In this document: piece by piece, positions 33,741 to 43,630 of the stretch
How positions within the stretch are numbered: position 1 is the first letter of the stretch
Layout: every line of letters starts with the position of its first letter
Origin: Chloroflexota bacterium
Lineage (GTDB): Bacteria > Chloroflexota > Dehalococcoidia > GIF9 > UBA5629
Assembly: GCA_016865855.1 (NCBI GenBank)
Contig: VGNX01000001.1
Location: 1,060 to 65,059, forward strand
Direction of reading: 5' to 3'
Length of the DNA: 64,000 nucleotides
Made by a program: the position numbers and the translations under genes
Notes under the pieces: model-generated
Database searches by the model: none
Told to the model about the DNA's origin: nothing
Seen by the model: only the letters and a program-made list of their open reading frames with translations

Positions 33741-34134
33741 GTCATTGCGAGGCACGGGGTGCCGTGGCAATCTAGGTGGCGGGAGGGTGAGGTGAGATTG
33801 CTTCGCTTCGCTCGCAATGACGAGAAGGGAAAAAGCCCTAAACAAATTCAAAATCACAAATTCCAATGAACAAAACATACAAAAAGCTGTCATTCTGAGG
33901 GAGCGAAGCGACCGAAGAATCTCGTAGCCAAGAATCTGAGTGAAACTTTGAGATCCTTCCCCTTCACTTCGTTCAGGGTCAGGATGACAGGGGAAAAGGC
34001 TCGGAAGTTCAATTGCCAAAGACCAAAACTTCGGGTGTTTCGAATTTGGAGAATTTGAATTTTGATATTATTTGGGGTTTAGTATTTCGAATTTCCCATT
34101 GTAGGGGGCGAGGCTAAAGCCTCGCAGCTACATG
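33741..34134. repeat. composite repeat block (hairpin pair 33741..33821, hairpin pair 33888..33990, AT-rich low complexity, half REP 34101..34134)
   Basis: gtcattgcgaggcacggggtgccgtggcaatct...agattgcttcgcttcgctcgcaatgac; tgtcattctgagggagcgaagcgaccgaagaatctc...ttcgttcagggtcaggatgacag; gtagggggcgaggctaaagcctcgcagctacatg. Track ORFs 33449..33817 and 33729..34019 are spurious. Confidence 0.8.
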
Positions 34135-36320
34135 TTATCTTTTGCGGCACCAAGTGGGTTAACCTGCCAGACAAGATTAAACTTAGCTACCCCGCCTGGC
34201 GGCAAATCGAGCGGCAGCAGCATAACCAGGCAACTCTCCTGATATATCCTTTCTATGCCACCTTCGGAATTGGAGACACTTTCCACAGGAAAACGCCACA
34301 AACTGACCCTTGGCATTGCTGTTAGTTCCAGTTCTATGCCCAAATGCCGATTGCCCAGGGTTATTTGTTCAATATCTGCCAGATCACCCCAAGAATCGAG
34401 ATGATAGTCATCCAGGGTAATTCCCGGTACGCGGTAATAGGCCTGTTCATTATGTCCGCCGCCAAGCAAGTTAACATTCCACTCGCTGCCGAAAACAGCC
34501 TGAATTGATGAGCCACTTATGTTCTTCACCTGGTAGCTTATATCCATCTTCTCTTCTCCAGCCACCAGCCTGATTTCTTTCTGCACCTCAAAAGGCAGGT
34601 TTTTCTGGCTTATCCGTAGAATTCCGCTCCGCCATAGCAAAATCTTCAGTTCATTACCTTTCTTCTCTACCGAGAACTTATAAGGTTTACCGACAAAGTT
34701 GTCCAACTCGCTATAAGACTGATTGGCGAATTCCTCTAGTTTCGTGCCCGGGCTGAAGAAATGGTCAATGAGGCTAGAACGAAGATATTTATCATAGACT
34801 AAATAGCGAAGGGAGTCTTTATCTTTTACTCTTATCAGGTCATGTATGCTGGGAACAGCGCTTTTCTCCCCTGTCTGTTTTTCGGGGGGTGGCTCGGTTA
34901 ATACTCGATGGTAAGCCTCTGGCCTCCTGGCTAGCGTGCTATATAGATTATAGCTATGACGGCGAAGGTCCCATTCAAAAATAGAGCCACCTTCCGCAGG
35001 GCTTAAGTAAACAGAAAAGGCGTCGCCATCAACAAGTAACTCTTCATTGCCATCACCATCAAAGTCGCCCTTTTGCCATTCCCGCCAACTGCGGCTTGAA
35101 CGGAAGATTTTCCCTAACCATGAGCGAGGCTGATGGATTATGCTGTCAGCTTTGCTTTCAGCCTGAACGAGATAGCTGTAGGTGGTTGCTCGAATATCAG
35201 CCAGGTAAATTCCGCCGAAGACACCGTGCCAGTAAGGACAGTTGCATTGCGCTTTCCACAGCTCTTCCAGCCCACAGTCGCCTTTATTGATGGTACGAGC
35301 TTGATAAACCTTCTGATGAACGCGGAGCATTTTCTTGTGCATCCGGTTTATCTCCGGGTACTTAACTAAGAAATTACGCCAGATACCGCTGTACATGAAT
35401 TGAGTTATATTCTGACGCCCCTCGGCTTCAAGCTGACGTTTGAGGTTAATATATTCCCAGGACTTGTCGGCTGGCAGAGACCATTCCAGCATTTCATCAT
35501 AAGAAGCGCAGGGCAAATAAAGTCTGCCTAGAGGCAGAAACCGACAGGCATATTCACCCAGCAGGATAGTCTGCAGCCAATCTTGGTTGGCTTCCAATTC
35601 AGTGAAGAATTTCTCCACCCACCCCTTTTGCCAGCAGTATTCATAAGTCCCCGGCCAGATACCAAATTTCTCGCCATCATCACCCAATATAGCTATCTTA
35701 TTTCCCCTGTCCGAAGCCTCCTTGTCCAAATACGCTATAACTTCCTCCACATCATGCCAAGGGATGGAATAGCGTAGCTGCTTGCTGATGGGAAATACCT
35801 TTACAGAGTAACCTTGCTCCTCGGTAATGTAGTAGCCGAAGAGGTCTTTATCATCTAATCCCACTGCCCTGAAGGCAATATCATCAACCAACGTCCATTC
35901 CACGCCTGCCTCTGCCAGAATCTTGGCCAGGTGCGGCTCCCAAACTCGCTCGGCGAGCCACAGCCCTGCCGGTTTAAAGCCAAACCTCCGATTGACGAAG
36001 GTGCTCATTTTAGCAATCTGCCCCAGTTTATCGGCGTCTGGAATAGCCGGCAGAATAGGCTCATAATAGGCACCACCCATGATTTCCACCTGTTTTCGGC
36101 TTACCAATGCAGCCAGCCGGTCCAAAAATTCGGGGTGACTTTGTTCCAGCCAGTCGATAAGGCAACCACTGTAATGTAGAGAAAGGCGGATAGCTGGATA
36201 TTTTTCTAGCGCCTCAACCATAGGCAGATAGGCTTGCTGGTAAGCTTCCTCAAAAACCCAGGGAAAGTTACCTAAAGGCTGATGATTATGGATGGCCAGG
36301 CCAAGATAAATCTGCTTCAT
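34128..36320 (-). CDS. GH57-family alpha-amylase / 4-alpha-glucanotransferase-like protein
   Basis: MKQIYLGLAIHNHQPLGNF...HYSGCLIDWL...GGAYYEPILP is the typical GH57 N-terminal catalytic domain, followed by a long C-terminal extension. The track start 36356 is a TTG inside a hairpin repeat (MPRFARNDNDGC), so I prefer ATG 36320. Confidence 0.8.
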   Translation of the reverse strand: MKQIYLGLAIHNHQPLGNFPWVFEEAYQQAYLPMVEALEKYPAIRLSLHYSGCLIDWLEQSHPEFLDRLAALVSRKQVEIMGGAYYEPILPAIPDADKLGQIAKMSTFVNRRFGFKPAGLWLAERVWEPHLAKILAEAGVEWTLVDDIAFRAVGLDDKDLFGYYITEEQGYSVKVFPISKQLRYSIPWHDVEEVIAYLDKEASDRGNKIAILGDDGEKFGIWPGTYEYCWQKGWVEKFFTELEANQDWLQTILLGEYACRFLPLGRLYLPCASYDEMLEWSLPADKSWEYINLKRQLEAEGRQNITQFMYSGIWRNFLVKYPEINRMHKKMLRVHQKVYQARTINKGDCGLEELWKAQCNCPYWHGVFGGIYLADIRATTYSYLVQAESKADSIIHQPRSWLGKIFRSSRSWREWQKGDFDGDGNEELLVDGDAFSVYLSPAEGGSIFEWDLRRHSYNLYSTLARRPEAYHRVLTEPPPEKQTGEKSAVPSIHDLIRVKDKDSLRYLVYDKYLRSSLIDHFFSPGTKLEEFANQSYSELDNFVGKPYKFSVEKKGNELKILLWRSGILRISQKNLPFEVQKEIRLVAGEEKMDISYQVKNISGSSIQAVFGSEWNVNLLGGGHNEQAYYRVPGITLDDYHLDSWGDLADIEQITLGNRHLGIELELTAMPRVSLWRFPVESVSNSEGGIERIYQESCLVMLLPLDLPPGGVAKFNLVWQVNPLGAAKDNM

Positions 36321-36326
36321 GCATCC

Positions 36327-36399
36327 GTCATTGTCATTGCGAGCGAAGCGTGGCAATCTCTGAGATTGCTTCGGGGGCTTGCGCCCCCTCGTAATGACA
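36327..36399. repeat. inverted pair of GTCATTGCGAG...CAATCTC units
   Basis: gtcattgtcattgcgagcgaagcgtggcaatctc tgagattgcttcgggggcttgcgccccctcgtaatgacag. Confidence 0.8.
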
Positions 36400-36477
36400 G
36401 ATAAACACCTCTATTTAGATAAGTGACGAATATGAGAGGTTTCTGCTCCCAATTTCTCGTCATATCTGAAATTGCAA

Positions 36478-36726
36478 TTATGCTTTCCGTATCTTCTCCT
36501 TGGCAACCTTTAGCACAACCTTATCGCCGATCTTATCGATATCTCCTGGTGGGATTGACATTTTCTTGGTTAAACCCGACTTTACCACAATGCCAAGAAC
36601 TGTCGCTTTACCTATATTCAACTCCATATCCACAATCTTACCTACCACTTTAGCATTGACATCAATAACTTCTTTCCCGAATAACTCCTTGGCTTTTATT
36701 TCTTCCCTCCTTATCAGCGATGTCAT
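36478..36726 (-). CDS. PRC-barrel domain protein
   Basis: 82 aa. LFGKEVIDVNAKVVGKIVDMELNIGKATVLGIVVKSG is the PRC-barrel pattern. Confidence 0.65.
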   Translation of the reverse strand: MTSLIRREEIKAKELFGKEVIDVNAKVVGKIVDMELNIGKATVLGIVVKSGLTKKMSIPPGDIDKIGDKVVLKVAKEKIRKA

Positions 36727-36756
36727 CTATGAGTAGCGTTAACATTCCCTGGAATC

Positions 36757-38058
36757 TTAATCCATATACAGGTTGTCTGTAATCTGGTCAAAGATATGTC
36801 TTGCCGCCACCACCTTGTAATAATATTCCTTTTTCACCTCCGGTTTACTGCCACTGGTAGATATCGCCTTATAAGCGTTCAGCAACGCCGAACGTTGAAG
36901 ATTTAGACCAAGGTAAACCATATTTATATCCCACATCGGCTTCTTGCTTGCCCACCAGAACTGACAACTGTGAAGTGCCGGATCCAGAGTTGCCCTAGCG
37001 ATGTTGGCGAATTGACTGCTGGCATCATTATCAGCCAGTTCTACCGCTTTGTGAGTTACATGCATAGTAATCGAAAGGTGCTCCCATTGCATCTGGTGTA
37101 TCGGGTTATTCTTGTCTTTCCACAAAGGATAGTAGTTTTGCATCTTTATATCATCGGCTGAGGTGCTCCACGACGATGGCCTCGGTTCAATCCGATTTCC
37201 TCTGGGGAAAATTTCGAGCAGCTCACTCATGGTGACAATTTTTATTTGCCTATCTTCCTTATCTTTTTCAAACTCGAATAGTCTTCGATGCTGTTCGGCA
37301 AGAGGCTTCTGTTCATGCATGGTTTTGTCTTGATTTGCCATTGGCTCCAAGGTCTCAAAGACCGGTGACAAAAACAGCTTGCCCCAGTGCTGGATATGAT
37401 GCCCAAAGGTTTCAGCATCCATCGCAGTAACAACATATATGTCATCTTCGCCGTTATACAGCCGTTTTAGATGCTCGATGAAGCCTGCACCGTCAATATC
37501 CCGAAAGCTAATTTTATTGCTCAATACATCATCGCGGAAGAAGACGGCTAGCTTATTTTCCTCGCAACTGATTTCATGAATCACGTCCATTGGCCAGGCC
37601 ATGGGACAGGCTATTCCACTGAGGATAATCCATTCATGGCGGGACTCAATAATCGGGTCAACCATATCATGGGAATAACACATCTCCGGGGGAAAGAAAC
37701 CTTTGGGAACATAAACATCACCCAAGAAATTACGGTTGGTCTGATAATTGAGCTTTATCTGCCTCTCCGCCTCTTCCGTTGGTATCAGGGGCAGCACCGG
37801 ATGATATTTGCCCGAGCCAGTAAATTCAACCTGCCCGTCTTCGGCTAACTTGCGTAACTTAGTCAGTACATCAGAATAGCCGCACTGCCCCAGCATCTCC
37901 GTAAGGACGCCATTGATATTCACAGTAGCTCGGGAATGCGGAAATTCACTGAAGACATCAAGTAATGGACGATATGCCTCATTGCTTATCTTCATAAGCA
38001 TGCTGGCGGTTTGCGTTGGAGGTTGATAGAAATGGAAAAGGGGTGCCCAGTAAATCAT
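36757..38058 (-). CDS. glycoside hydrolase family 57 protein
   Basis: 433 aa. MIYWAPLFHFYQPPTQ..., TGSGKYHPVLPLIP, DAETFGHH. Confidence 0.65.
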   Translation of the reverse strand: MIYWAPLFHFYQPPTQTASMLMKISNEAYRPLLDVFSEFPHSRATVNINGVLTEMLGQCGYSDVLTKLRKLAEDGQVEFTGSGKYHPVLPLIPTEEAERQIKLNYQTNRNFLGDVYVPKGFFPPEMCYSHDMVDPIIESRHEWIILSGIACPMAWPMDVIHEISCEENKLAVFFRDDVLSNKISFRDIDGAGFIEHLKRLYNGEDDIYVVTAMDAETFGHHIQHWGKLFLSPVFETLEPMANQDKTMHEQKPLAEQHRRLFEFEKDKEDRQIKIVTMSELLEIFPRGNRIEPRPSSWSTSADDIKMQNYYPLWKDKNNPIHQMQWEHLSITMHVTHKAVELADNDASSQFANIARATLDPALHSCQFWWASKKPMWDINMVYLGLNLQRSALLNAYKAISTSGSKPEVKKEYYYKVVAARHIFDQITDNLYMD

Positions 38059-39053
38059 GCCTTTCTTCCTCCCTTTGGTTGTTGCTCGAAAACATAAACA
38101 GCAGCACCTATTATCCCGGCATTGCTGCCGAGGCGGGCTCGAACAATACGCGCCGTCCGAGCTGGCAATTTGAAGGCTATCTCCCTTACCGCTTTTCGTG
38201 TGGGAGCAAGTAACATATTCCCCATCTTTGACACGCCACCACCAATAACGATTAGCTCAGGATTAAAAATGTTAACCAGATTCGCCAGGCCGATGCCGAG
38301 GTAATTGGCAGCTCTAGCCACTATGTCACAGGCTAAGGAATCCCCCTGCCTAGCAGCTAAAGATACCGTCTCAGCAGTAATGCTTTCGAGCCTGCCAGCA
38401 ACAAGCTCAACAATAGAACTTTTTTCGCCTTGATTGAGACGTCTCACCGATTCTCTGGTCATGGCTGAGCCTGAAGCCAAAGCTTCAAGACAACCGAACT
38501 TACCGCAATTGCATTGGGGGCCATGGGTCTCTATTATCATGTGGCCTATTTCACCAGCACAGCCATCAGCCCCAGAATAGAGCTCACCGTCTATAATGAT
38601 TCCACCACCAATCCCTGTGCTTACCGTTAGATAAATAAGGTTATCCACTCCCTTTCCGGCTCCAGAACGATGCTCCCCTAGAGCAGCAGCGCTGGCGTCG
38701 TTAATGAGATAGGTGGTCAAGCCCAACCTTTCAGCGATAATATCCCTTAATGGCACGTCGCGCCAGCCGGGTAAGTTAGGAGAGGTAGTTATAATACCCT
38801 CGTTGGTATCTAGAATCCCAGCAGCAGCAATACCGATGCCGACTACGTCAGATGATGTTTTCAGCTTTGCCTGAGCCATTGTCTCAGCCACAGCAGATGA
38901 CAGCCTATTGATTACTGGCCGAGGGCCTTCGTCGGCCAGCGTCAAGGAATATTTGCGGGATATGATCTCGCCGGTGGATAGAACGGCTGCCGCGATAATC
39001 TTAGTCCCACCCAGATCTATAGCCAGAACCGACCGCCGCCTACTTGCTAGCAT
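38055..39053 (-). CDS. ROK-family glucokinase
   Basis: Has AIDLGGTKI, a DASAAALGE-like motif, and the Zn motif CNCGKFGCLEA. Confidence 0.85.
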   Translation of the reverse strand: MLASRRRSVLAIDLGGTKIIAAAVLSTGEIISRKYSLTLADEGPRPVINRLSSAVAETMAQAKLKTSSDVVGIGIAAAGILDTNEGIITTSPNLPGWRDVPLRDIIAERLGLTTYLINDASAAALGEHRSGAGKGVDNLIYLTVSTGIGGGIIIDGELYSGADGCAGEIGHMIIETHGPQCNCGKFGCLEALASGSAMTRESVRRLNQGEKSSIVELVAGRLESITAETVSLAARQGDSLACDIVARAANYLGIGLANLVNIFNPELIVIGGGVSKMGNMLLAPTRKAVREIAFKLPARTARIVRARLGSNAGIIGAAVYVFEQQPKGGRKA

Positions 39054-40470
39054 GTTCTTTTAACTCCAGAGCCCTTTGATAAAGAGACTCATACTTCCTG
39101 GCAGAAGCTTGCCAGGAAAAGTCAAGCGTCATTATGCGTCGCATCACATTGTGCCAAGCTTTCTTTTTGTAGCTATTTACTGCACGCCGAATAGTAGTTG
39201 ATATAGCCTTATAATCATACTCCTGAAAGACAAAGCCGGTGCCCTTATTAAGGTCTCTACTCAAATCCTGGACAGTATCAGCCAGACCACCGGTACGGCG
39301 GACTATAGGCACTGCCCCATAGCGCATGGCAATAAGCTGCCCTAAACCACACGGCTCGAATCGAGACGGCATCAAAAACATGTCGCAGCCAGCATAAATA
39401 AGATGAGCTAAAGGATCATCAAAGTCGATAAACACAGCCAAGTGCTGCGGATATCTAGCCGCCGCTTGCCTGAGCAGACTATGATATTGCTCTCTGCCTC
39501 TGCCCAGGATAATCATCTGAGCCTCAGCTTTCGGAAGCCAAGAATCAAGGCTCCCAACCACAATGTCCAGGCCTTTCTGCTCATCAAGGCGAGACACCAT
39601 GCCGATAAGGGGCGTCTCAGCATTCTTAGCAAACTCAGCTCGTTCCTGAAGAGCTAGTTTATTGGCGAGCCTTTTGTTCAATGTTGAAGCGTCATACTCA
39701 GCCGGGATGAAAGGGTCGGTTGCTGGGTTATATTCGTCATAATCCAAGCCATTGACTATACCAAAGAGTTTATCCTGTCGGTAGCGCAAAAGATGGTCAA
39801 GCCCTGCACCATATTCTGGGGTTAAGATCTCTTTTGCATAGGTCTCGCTGACCGTGGTTACCATGTCAGCCCAAAGAATTCCCTGGCCCATGAAATTGAG
39901 TGGGGGCTCAGGTGCACCGGCTGAGCGCCATTGCCAGTCTTGCTCCAGCCCAGAATCAACCAGAAAGTCGCGGTCAAAGAATCCTTGATAGGCTAGATTG
40001 TGAATGGTGAAAATCGAGGGATAAGCATAGTTATTTTTCTTCAACTGCAGAGGAATCAACGCTGTGTGCCAGTCGTGACAATGGACTATCTCAGGTTGCC
40101 AGTCCAATTTGGGCAATATCTCCAAAACAGCTCGGCAGAATAACAAAAAATCCCATAGCTCGTCTTTACCGTATATCTCCGTAGAATTATAGAATTCATC
40201 GCTATCTACCAGGTAAACTTTGACCTTATCATCAAGCTCGGTTAACTTTAAAGAGACAGGTTTGGTGGTTTTCATTTCCTGTACGTTCAAATTATCAATT
40301 ACTGGTGATGGGGGGAATCTGTCAGCATCGATAATGCCATATCTCGGCATTATAACTCGCACATCGTGTCCCAGTCTGTTCAAAGCTTTGGGTAAAGAGC
40401 CAACAATATCTGCCAGACCACCCACCTTGACCAGCGGAGTGGCTTCAGCGGCGACAAACAGGATTCTCAT
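39040..40470 (-). CDS. glgA: glycogen synthase (ADP-glucose type)
   Basis: MRILFVAAEATPLVKVGGLADIVGSLPKAL, with a GT5 layout; 476 aa. Confidence 0.9.
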   Translation of the reverse strand: MRILFVAAEATPLVKVGGLADIVGSLPKALNRLGHDVRVIMPRYGIIDADRFPPSPVIDNLNVQEMKTTKPVSLKLTELDDKVKVYLVDSDEFYNSTEIYGKDELWDFLLFCRAVLEILPKLDWQPEIVHCHDWHTALIPLQLKKNNYAYPSIFTIHNLAYQGFFDRDFLVDSGLEQDWQWRSAGAPEPPLNFMGQGILWADMVTTVSETYAKEILTPEYGAGLDHLLRYRQDKLFGIVNGLDYDEYNPATDPFIPAEYDASTLNKRLANKLALQERAEFAKNAETPLIGMVSRLDEQKGLDIVVGSLDSWLPKAEAQMIILGRGREQYHSLLRQAAARYPQHLAVFIDFDDPLAHLIYAGCDMFLMPSRFEPCGLGQLIAMRYGAVPIVRRTGGLADTVQDLSRDLNKGTGFVFQEYDYKAISTTIRRAVNSYKKKAWHNVMRRIMTLDFSWQASARKYESLYQRALELKEHASK

Positions 40471-42164
40471 TATGGGGTTTGGCCTTCCCTCTCAGCGAAG
40501 GAACGGTAATCGATATCGGGGAAGATTTTATCCAGCTCCCATAACTGGTGACAAAGAGCCAAGGCGGCTTCATCCGGCTTCCCTGATTCAGCGATATCAG
40601 CCAATTGCTGAAAGCGTTTGACATGCTCCAAAAAACGATTCTCCGCATAGAAACGAGCCTGGCCCGTCGTTATTAAAAAGGGCCAGTCGCTGGACTGCAG
40701 CAATATCAGTTCCCTGGCTGCCTGATTCAGGATTTCCTTTATCGCTCGATTGGCTTTGGGATATTTGGCTACCAGCTTTTCCATCCTCACTTCGGCTGAG
40801 TGGATTATCGGCCATATCCAGTCGGTATCAGCATTTTGCCAGGTAAAATGACCACCACCCAATCCCCAAGAACTCTCAGGCAAAGCCAGCACGTCCTCCG
40901 GCGGATGCTTTTTAATGAACTCGCTGGCAGTGGTCAATTCCACAAGCTCACTTCCGCTGAGTTGACGTAGAACTTCTTTGATCCAGTCAACGCCTTCAAA
41001 CCACCAATGCCCAAAAAGTTCAGTATCATAAGCTGCAGCGATGATGCCAAATTTTCCAGTTTCCTGATAGAAGTTGGTCACCAACTCGTCGACCAAATGG
41101 GCATAATGAGAGCTGTGTTCAGCGACACGCTGACCTGCCCAATACGGATCATAATATTCCTTATATGCCAGATCCAATTTAGCTCCGGTAATCTTCCAGT
41201 AGTGAAGCCCGGAGATCCCGTCCTTCTTATGAAACTCACGGTAATAGAAGTCGCCGGGATAACCCCATTCAGCGGACCACACCTGCATGCTGGTTCGATT
41301 ATCCCTGCCAATGACAGCGACCTCTGGAGTTTGCACCCAGTAAGGCAAATAGGTAGTTCTCTGCGTCGGCTCAGGATATTGAGCCAGCGGCACCACATAG
41401 CGCCTTGGTATACTAGCATAAGGTCCGATAACTTCTTCCCTAGCTTTGCCGACTGGCTCACCACCCTCAACCGTATGAGTTTCAGCAAAGAAACAGCTCA
41501 TACCGAGTTGGGATAGAAAAGATTCCACACCTGGCTTAACGTAGCGCTTGCCTTGGCTGTCAACATAGTAGGCAGGTCGATAACCGCACTCAGGAAGCCA
41601 GACCGACGACGGGGCTATACCGAAATGGCGCCGATAGCTTTCTTTCCCCACCTTCAGTTGACCGTAGATAGAAGAATCACGCTCTAACAATGGTAGGTAG
41701 GCATGCGTGGCTGCGCTCGTAGTTATTTCTATATGCCCTTCGTCTTGCAGTTGTTTGAAGGCAGAGATTATGTTTCGGCTGAACCTCTCGTTGAAGCTAT
41801 TCAATATATGCTGATATCTGTCAAGGTAAAATTGAGCTAAGTAAAGGAGATGACCTTCTCCGGCTTTCTCGAAGCGGCTTACGTCTTTTTGAGCCCGACG
41901 GATTTTGTCCTCGATGAATGCCGCCATATGGTCAATCACTAGTGAATCGGCTAGCTGTTCAACCAAAACTGGACTAATGCCTAAGGTTAGTTTGAAAGGG
42001 CAGCCTTCCTGTTTTAGGTCATAAAGGGCATCAAGCAAGGGAATATAAGTTTCTGAAGCTGCCTCATGAAGCCACTCCTCACCATGCGGCCAGCGCCCGG
42101 CGTTACGGCAATAAGGAAGATGACTATGTAAGACAAAGGTAAATCCTCCAACTTTCATTTTCAC
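40470..42164 (-). CDS. GH57-family 1,4-alpha-glucan branching enzyme
   Basis: GGFTFVLHSHLPYCRNAGRWPHGEEWLHEAASETYIPLL and YDTELFGHWWFEG. 564 aa, typical GH57 branching-enzyme architecture. Confidence 0.8.
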   Translation of the reverse strand: MKMKVGGFTFVLHSHLPYCRNAGRWPHGEEWLHEAASETYIPLLDALYDLKQEGCPFKLTLGISPVLVEQLADSLVIDHMAAFIEDKIRRAQKDVSRFEKAGEGHLLYLAQFYLDRYQHILNSFNERFSRNIISAFKQLQDEGHIEITTSAATHAYLPLLERDSSIYGQLKVGKESYRRHFGIAPSSVWLPECGYRPAYYVDSQGKRYVKPGVESFLSQLGMSCFFAETHTVEGGEPVGKAREEVIGPYASIPRRYVVPLAQYPEPTQRTTYLPYWVQTPEVAVIGRDNRTSMQVWSAEWGYPGDFYYREFHKKDGISGLHYWKITGAKLDLAYKEYYDPYWAGQRVAEHSSHYAHLVDELVTNFYQETGKFGIIAAAYDTELFGHWWFEGVDWIKEVLRQLSGSELVELTTASEFIKKHPPEDVLALPESSWGLGGGHFTWQNADTDWIWPIIHSAEVRMEKLVAKYPKANRAIKEILNQAARELILLQSSDWPFLITTGQARFYAENRFLEHVKRFQQLADIAESGKPDEAALALCHQLWELDKIFPDIDYRSFAEREGQTP

Positions 42165-42167
42165 CTC

Positions 42168-43448
42168 CTACAACGGATGACGTCGCGGTGCTTTACTGGC
42201 CACACTCTCTCCACTAGGGATGACCTTAGATGGGAAATCAGCACCTTCCACCCAACAGCCGATCTTACAATTTCGGCCGATTTTCACATCACCTGGTATT
42301 CTGGCGCCTTTACCTACTATAGTTATGCCGGCATTCAGGTTCTCTGGCTCTTCTTTGTTAGGTGCAAGGTCATCACCATAACCGATATAGCATCCGGGAC
42401 TGATCCAAACTTGCTTATCAACAATAGACCGGTCAACAACAGCCCCTCTGCCCACAGTGGTATCATCAAAAATGATCGAATCCGTTACAACTGCACCGTC
42501 TTCAATAAATACACTAGGAGAGATAACAGACCCTTCCACACGCCCATTAATAATGGCACCGTTAGACACCAGACTCCTCGATATCTGAGCATTTAGTCCT
42601 AGCTTTGCTGGAGGCTTATCTCGGTGCACAGTTCGTATTTCAGCTGCCGGGTCATAAAGGTTCAGGTCAGGCAAATCAACAATCAAATCCATATTGGCCT
42701 GCCAGTAAGACTCAACAGTACCCACATCCCGCCAGTAGCCGCGGTATCTGTAGCCATAGACTTTATGCTTTCCAATAATTTCCGGCAGAATATCATGACC
42801 AAAATCATGACCACCTTCCCTCTGAGCATACTCTTCAAGGCAATTAACAAGGACACTTTTGTCAAAGACATATATTCCCATGGAGGCAAGATTGCTTTTA
42901 GCCGTCTTCGGCTTCTCCTGGAAACTGATTACATGCTCATTATGGTCCAGGGTGATAATCCCAAATCTCGAAACTTCTGACAAGGGCACTTCGGTTACCG
43001 CCACAGTAACATCAGCTCGCCTGGTACGATGAGTCGATATCATGTGGTCATAACGCATGGTATAAATATGGTCGCCAGACAGAATAAGGACTTCGTCTAC
43101 TCTCTGGTCTTCGATAAAATAAAGATTTTGGTAGACAGCATCAGCCGTGCCTTTGTACCAGTCTCGAGTTGACCGACTTAAAAAAGGTTGAAGCAGGACG
43201 ACCCCACCAGTAGCCCTATCCAAGTCCCAGGGTCTGCCTATGCCAATATGCTGGGTCAATGAGCGAGGATTATATTGGGTAAGCACTGCCACATTATAAA
43301 TACCGGAGTTAACACAATTGCTCAAGCTGAAATCGATAATACGGTATTTGCCACCAAAGGGCACTGCCGGTTTAGCTCTTTCCGCAGACAGAATACTCAA
43401 TCTCTCGCTGGCACCGCCGGCCAAAATCATAGCTACTACCCGGTTCAT
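42168..43448 (-). CDS. glgC: glucose-1-phosphate adenylyltransferase
   Basis: ILAGGASERLSILSAERAKPAVPFGGKYRIIDFSLSNCVNSG, with a C-terminal left-handed beta-helix region. Confidence 0.9.
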   Translation of the reverse strand: MNRVVAMILAGGASERLSILSAERAKPAVPFGGKYRIIDFSLSNCVNSGIYNVAVLTQYNPRSLTQHIGIGRPWDLDRATGGVVLLQPFLSRSTRDWYKGTADAVYQNLYFIEDQRVDEVLILSGDHIYTMRYDHMISTHRTRRADVTVAVTEVPLSEVSRFGIITLDHNEHVISFQEKPKTAKSNLASMGIYVFDKSVLVNCLEEYAQREGGHDFGHDILPEIIGKHKVYGYRYRGYWRDVGTVESYWQANMDLIVDLPDLNLYDPAAEIRTVHRDKPPAKLGLNAQISRSLVSNGAIINGRVEGSVISPSVFIEDGAVVTDSIIFDDTTVGRGAVVDRSIVDKQVWISPGCYIGYGDDLAPNKEEPENLNAGITIVGKGARIPGDVKIGRNCKIGCWVEGADFPSKVIPSGESVASKAPRRHPL

Positions 43449-43478
43449 GTCATCACCTCCCCGCTGGCTTCGTCTCCC

Positions 43479-43508
43479 ATTTTAACCCAAATTCGCCACG
43501 TTTGTCGA
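43479..43508 (-). promoter_or_regulatory. sigma70-like promoter candidate for the glgC operon
   Basis: On the minus strand: TCGACA (43508..43503), N18, TAAAAT (43484..43479), about 30 nt before the glgC ATG. Confidence 0.3.
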
Positions 43509-43630
43509 ATTATCCGTATTTGCCGTGAAGGGGATGAGCGCTTGCTGAGGGGAGGGAAATTCTGCGAGCCTTGCAGATTTTCAAATACTGCCACTTGAAC
43601 CTAAGATGACATGGTAAACAAAAACACTTG

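Noticed and set aside
36321-36356. N-terminal extension MPRFARNDNDGC of the large GH57 gene
   Set aside because: The track start is a TTG inside a hairpin-repeat unit. The conserved GH57 N-terminus (MKQIYLGLAIHNHQP) begins at ATG 36320.
43449-43630. Possible riboswitch or tRNA in the 182-nt glgC leader, and in other long gaps (10360..10580, 46178..46344, 48322..48775, 57612..57916)
   Set aside because: I recognised no cloverleaf-compatible arms and no conserved riboswitch core. The gaps are explained by promoter-like boxes, REP-like palindromes or MITE copies. A covariance-model scan (tRNAscan-SE or Infernal/Rfam) would be needed to exclude small RNAs formally.
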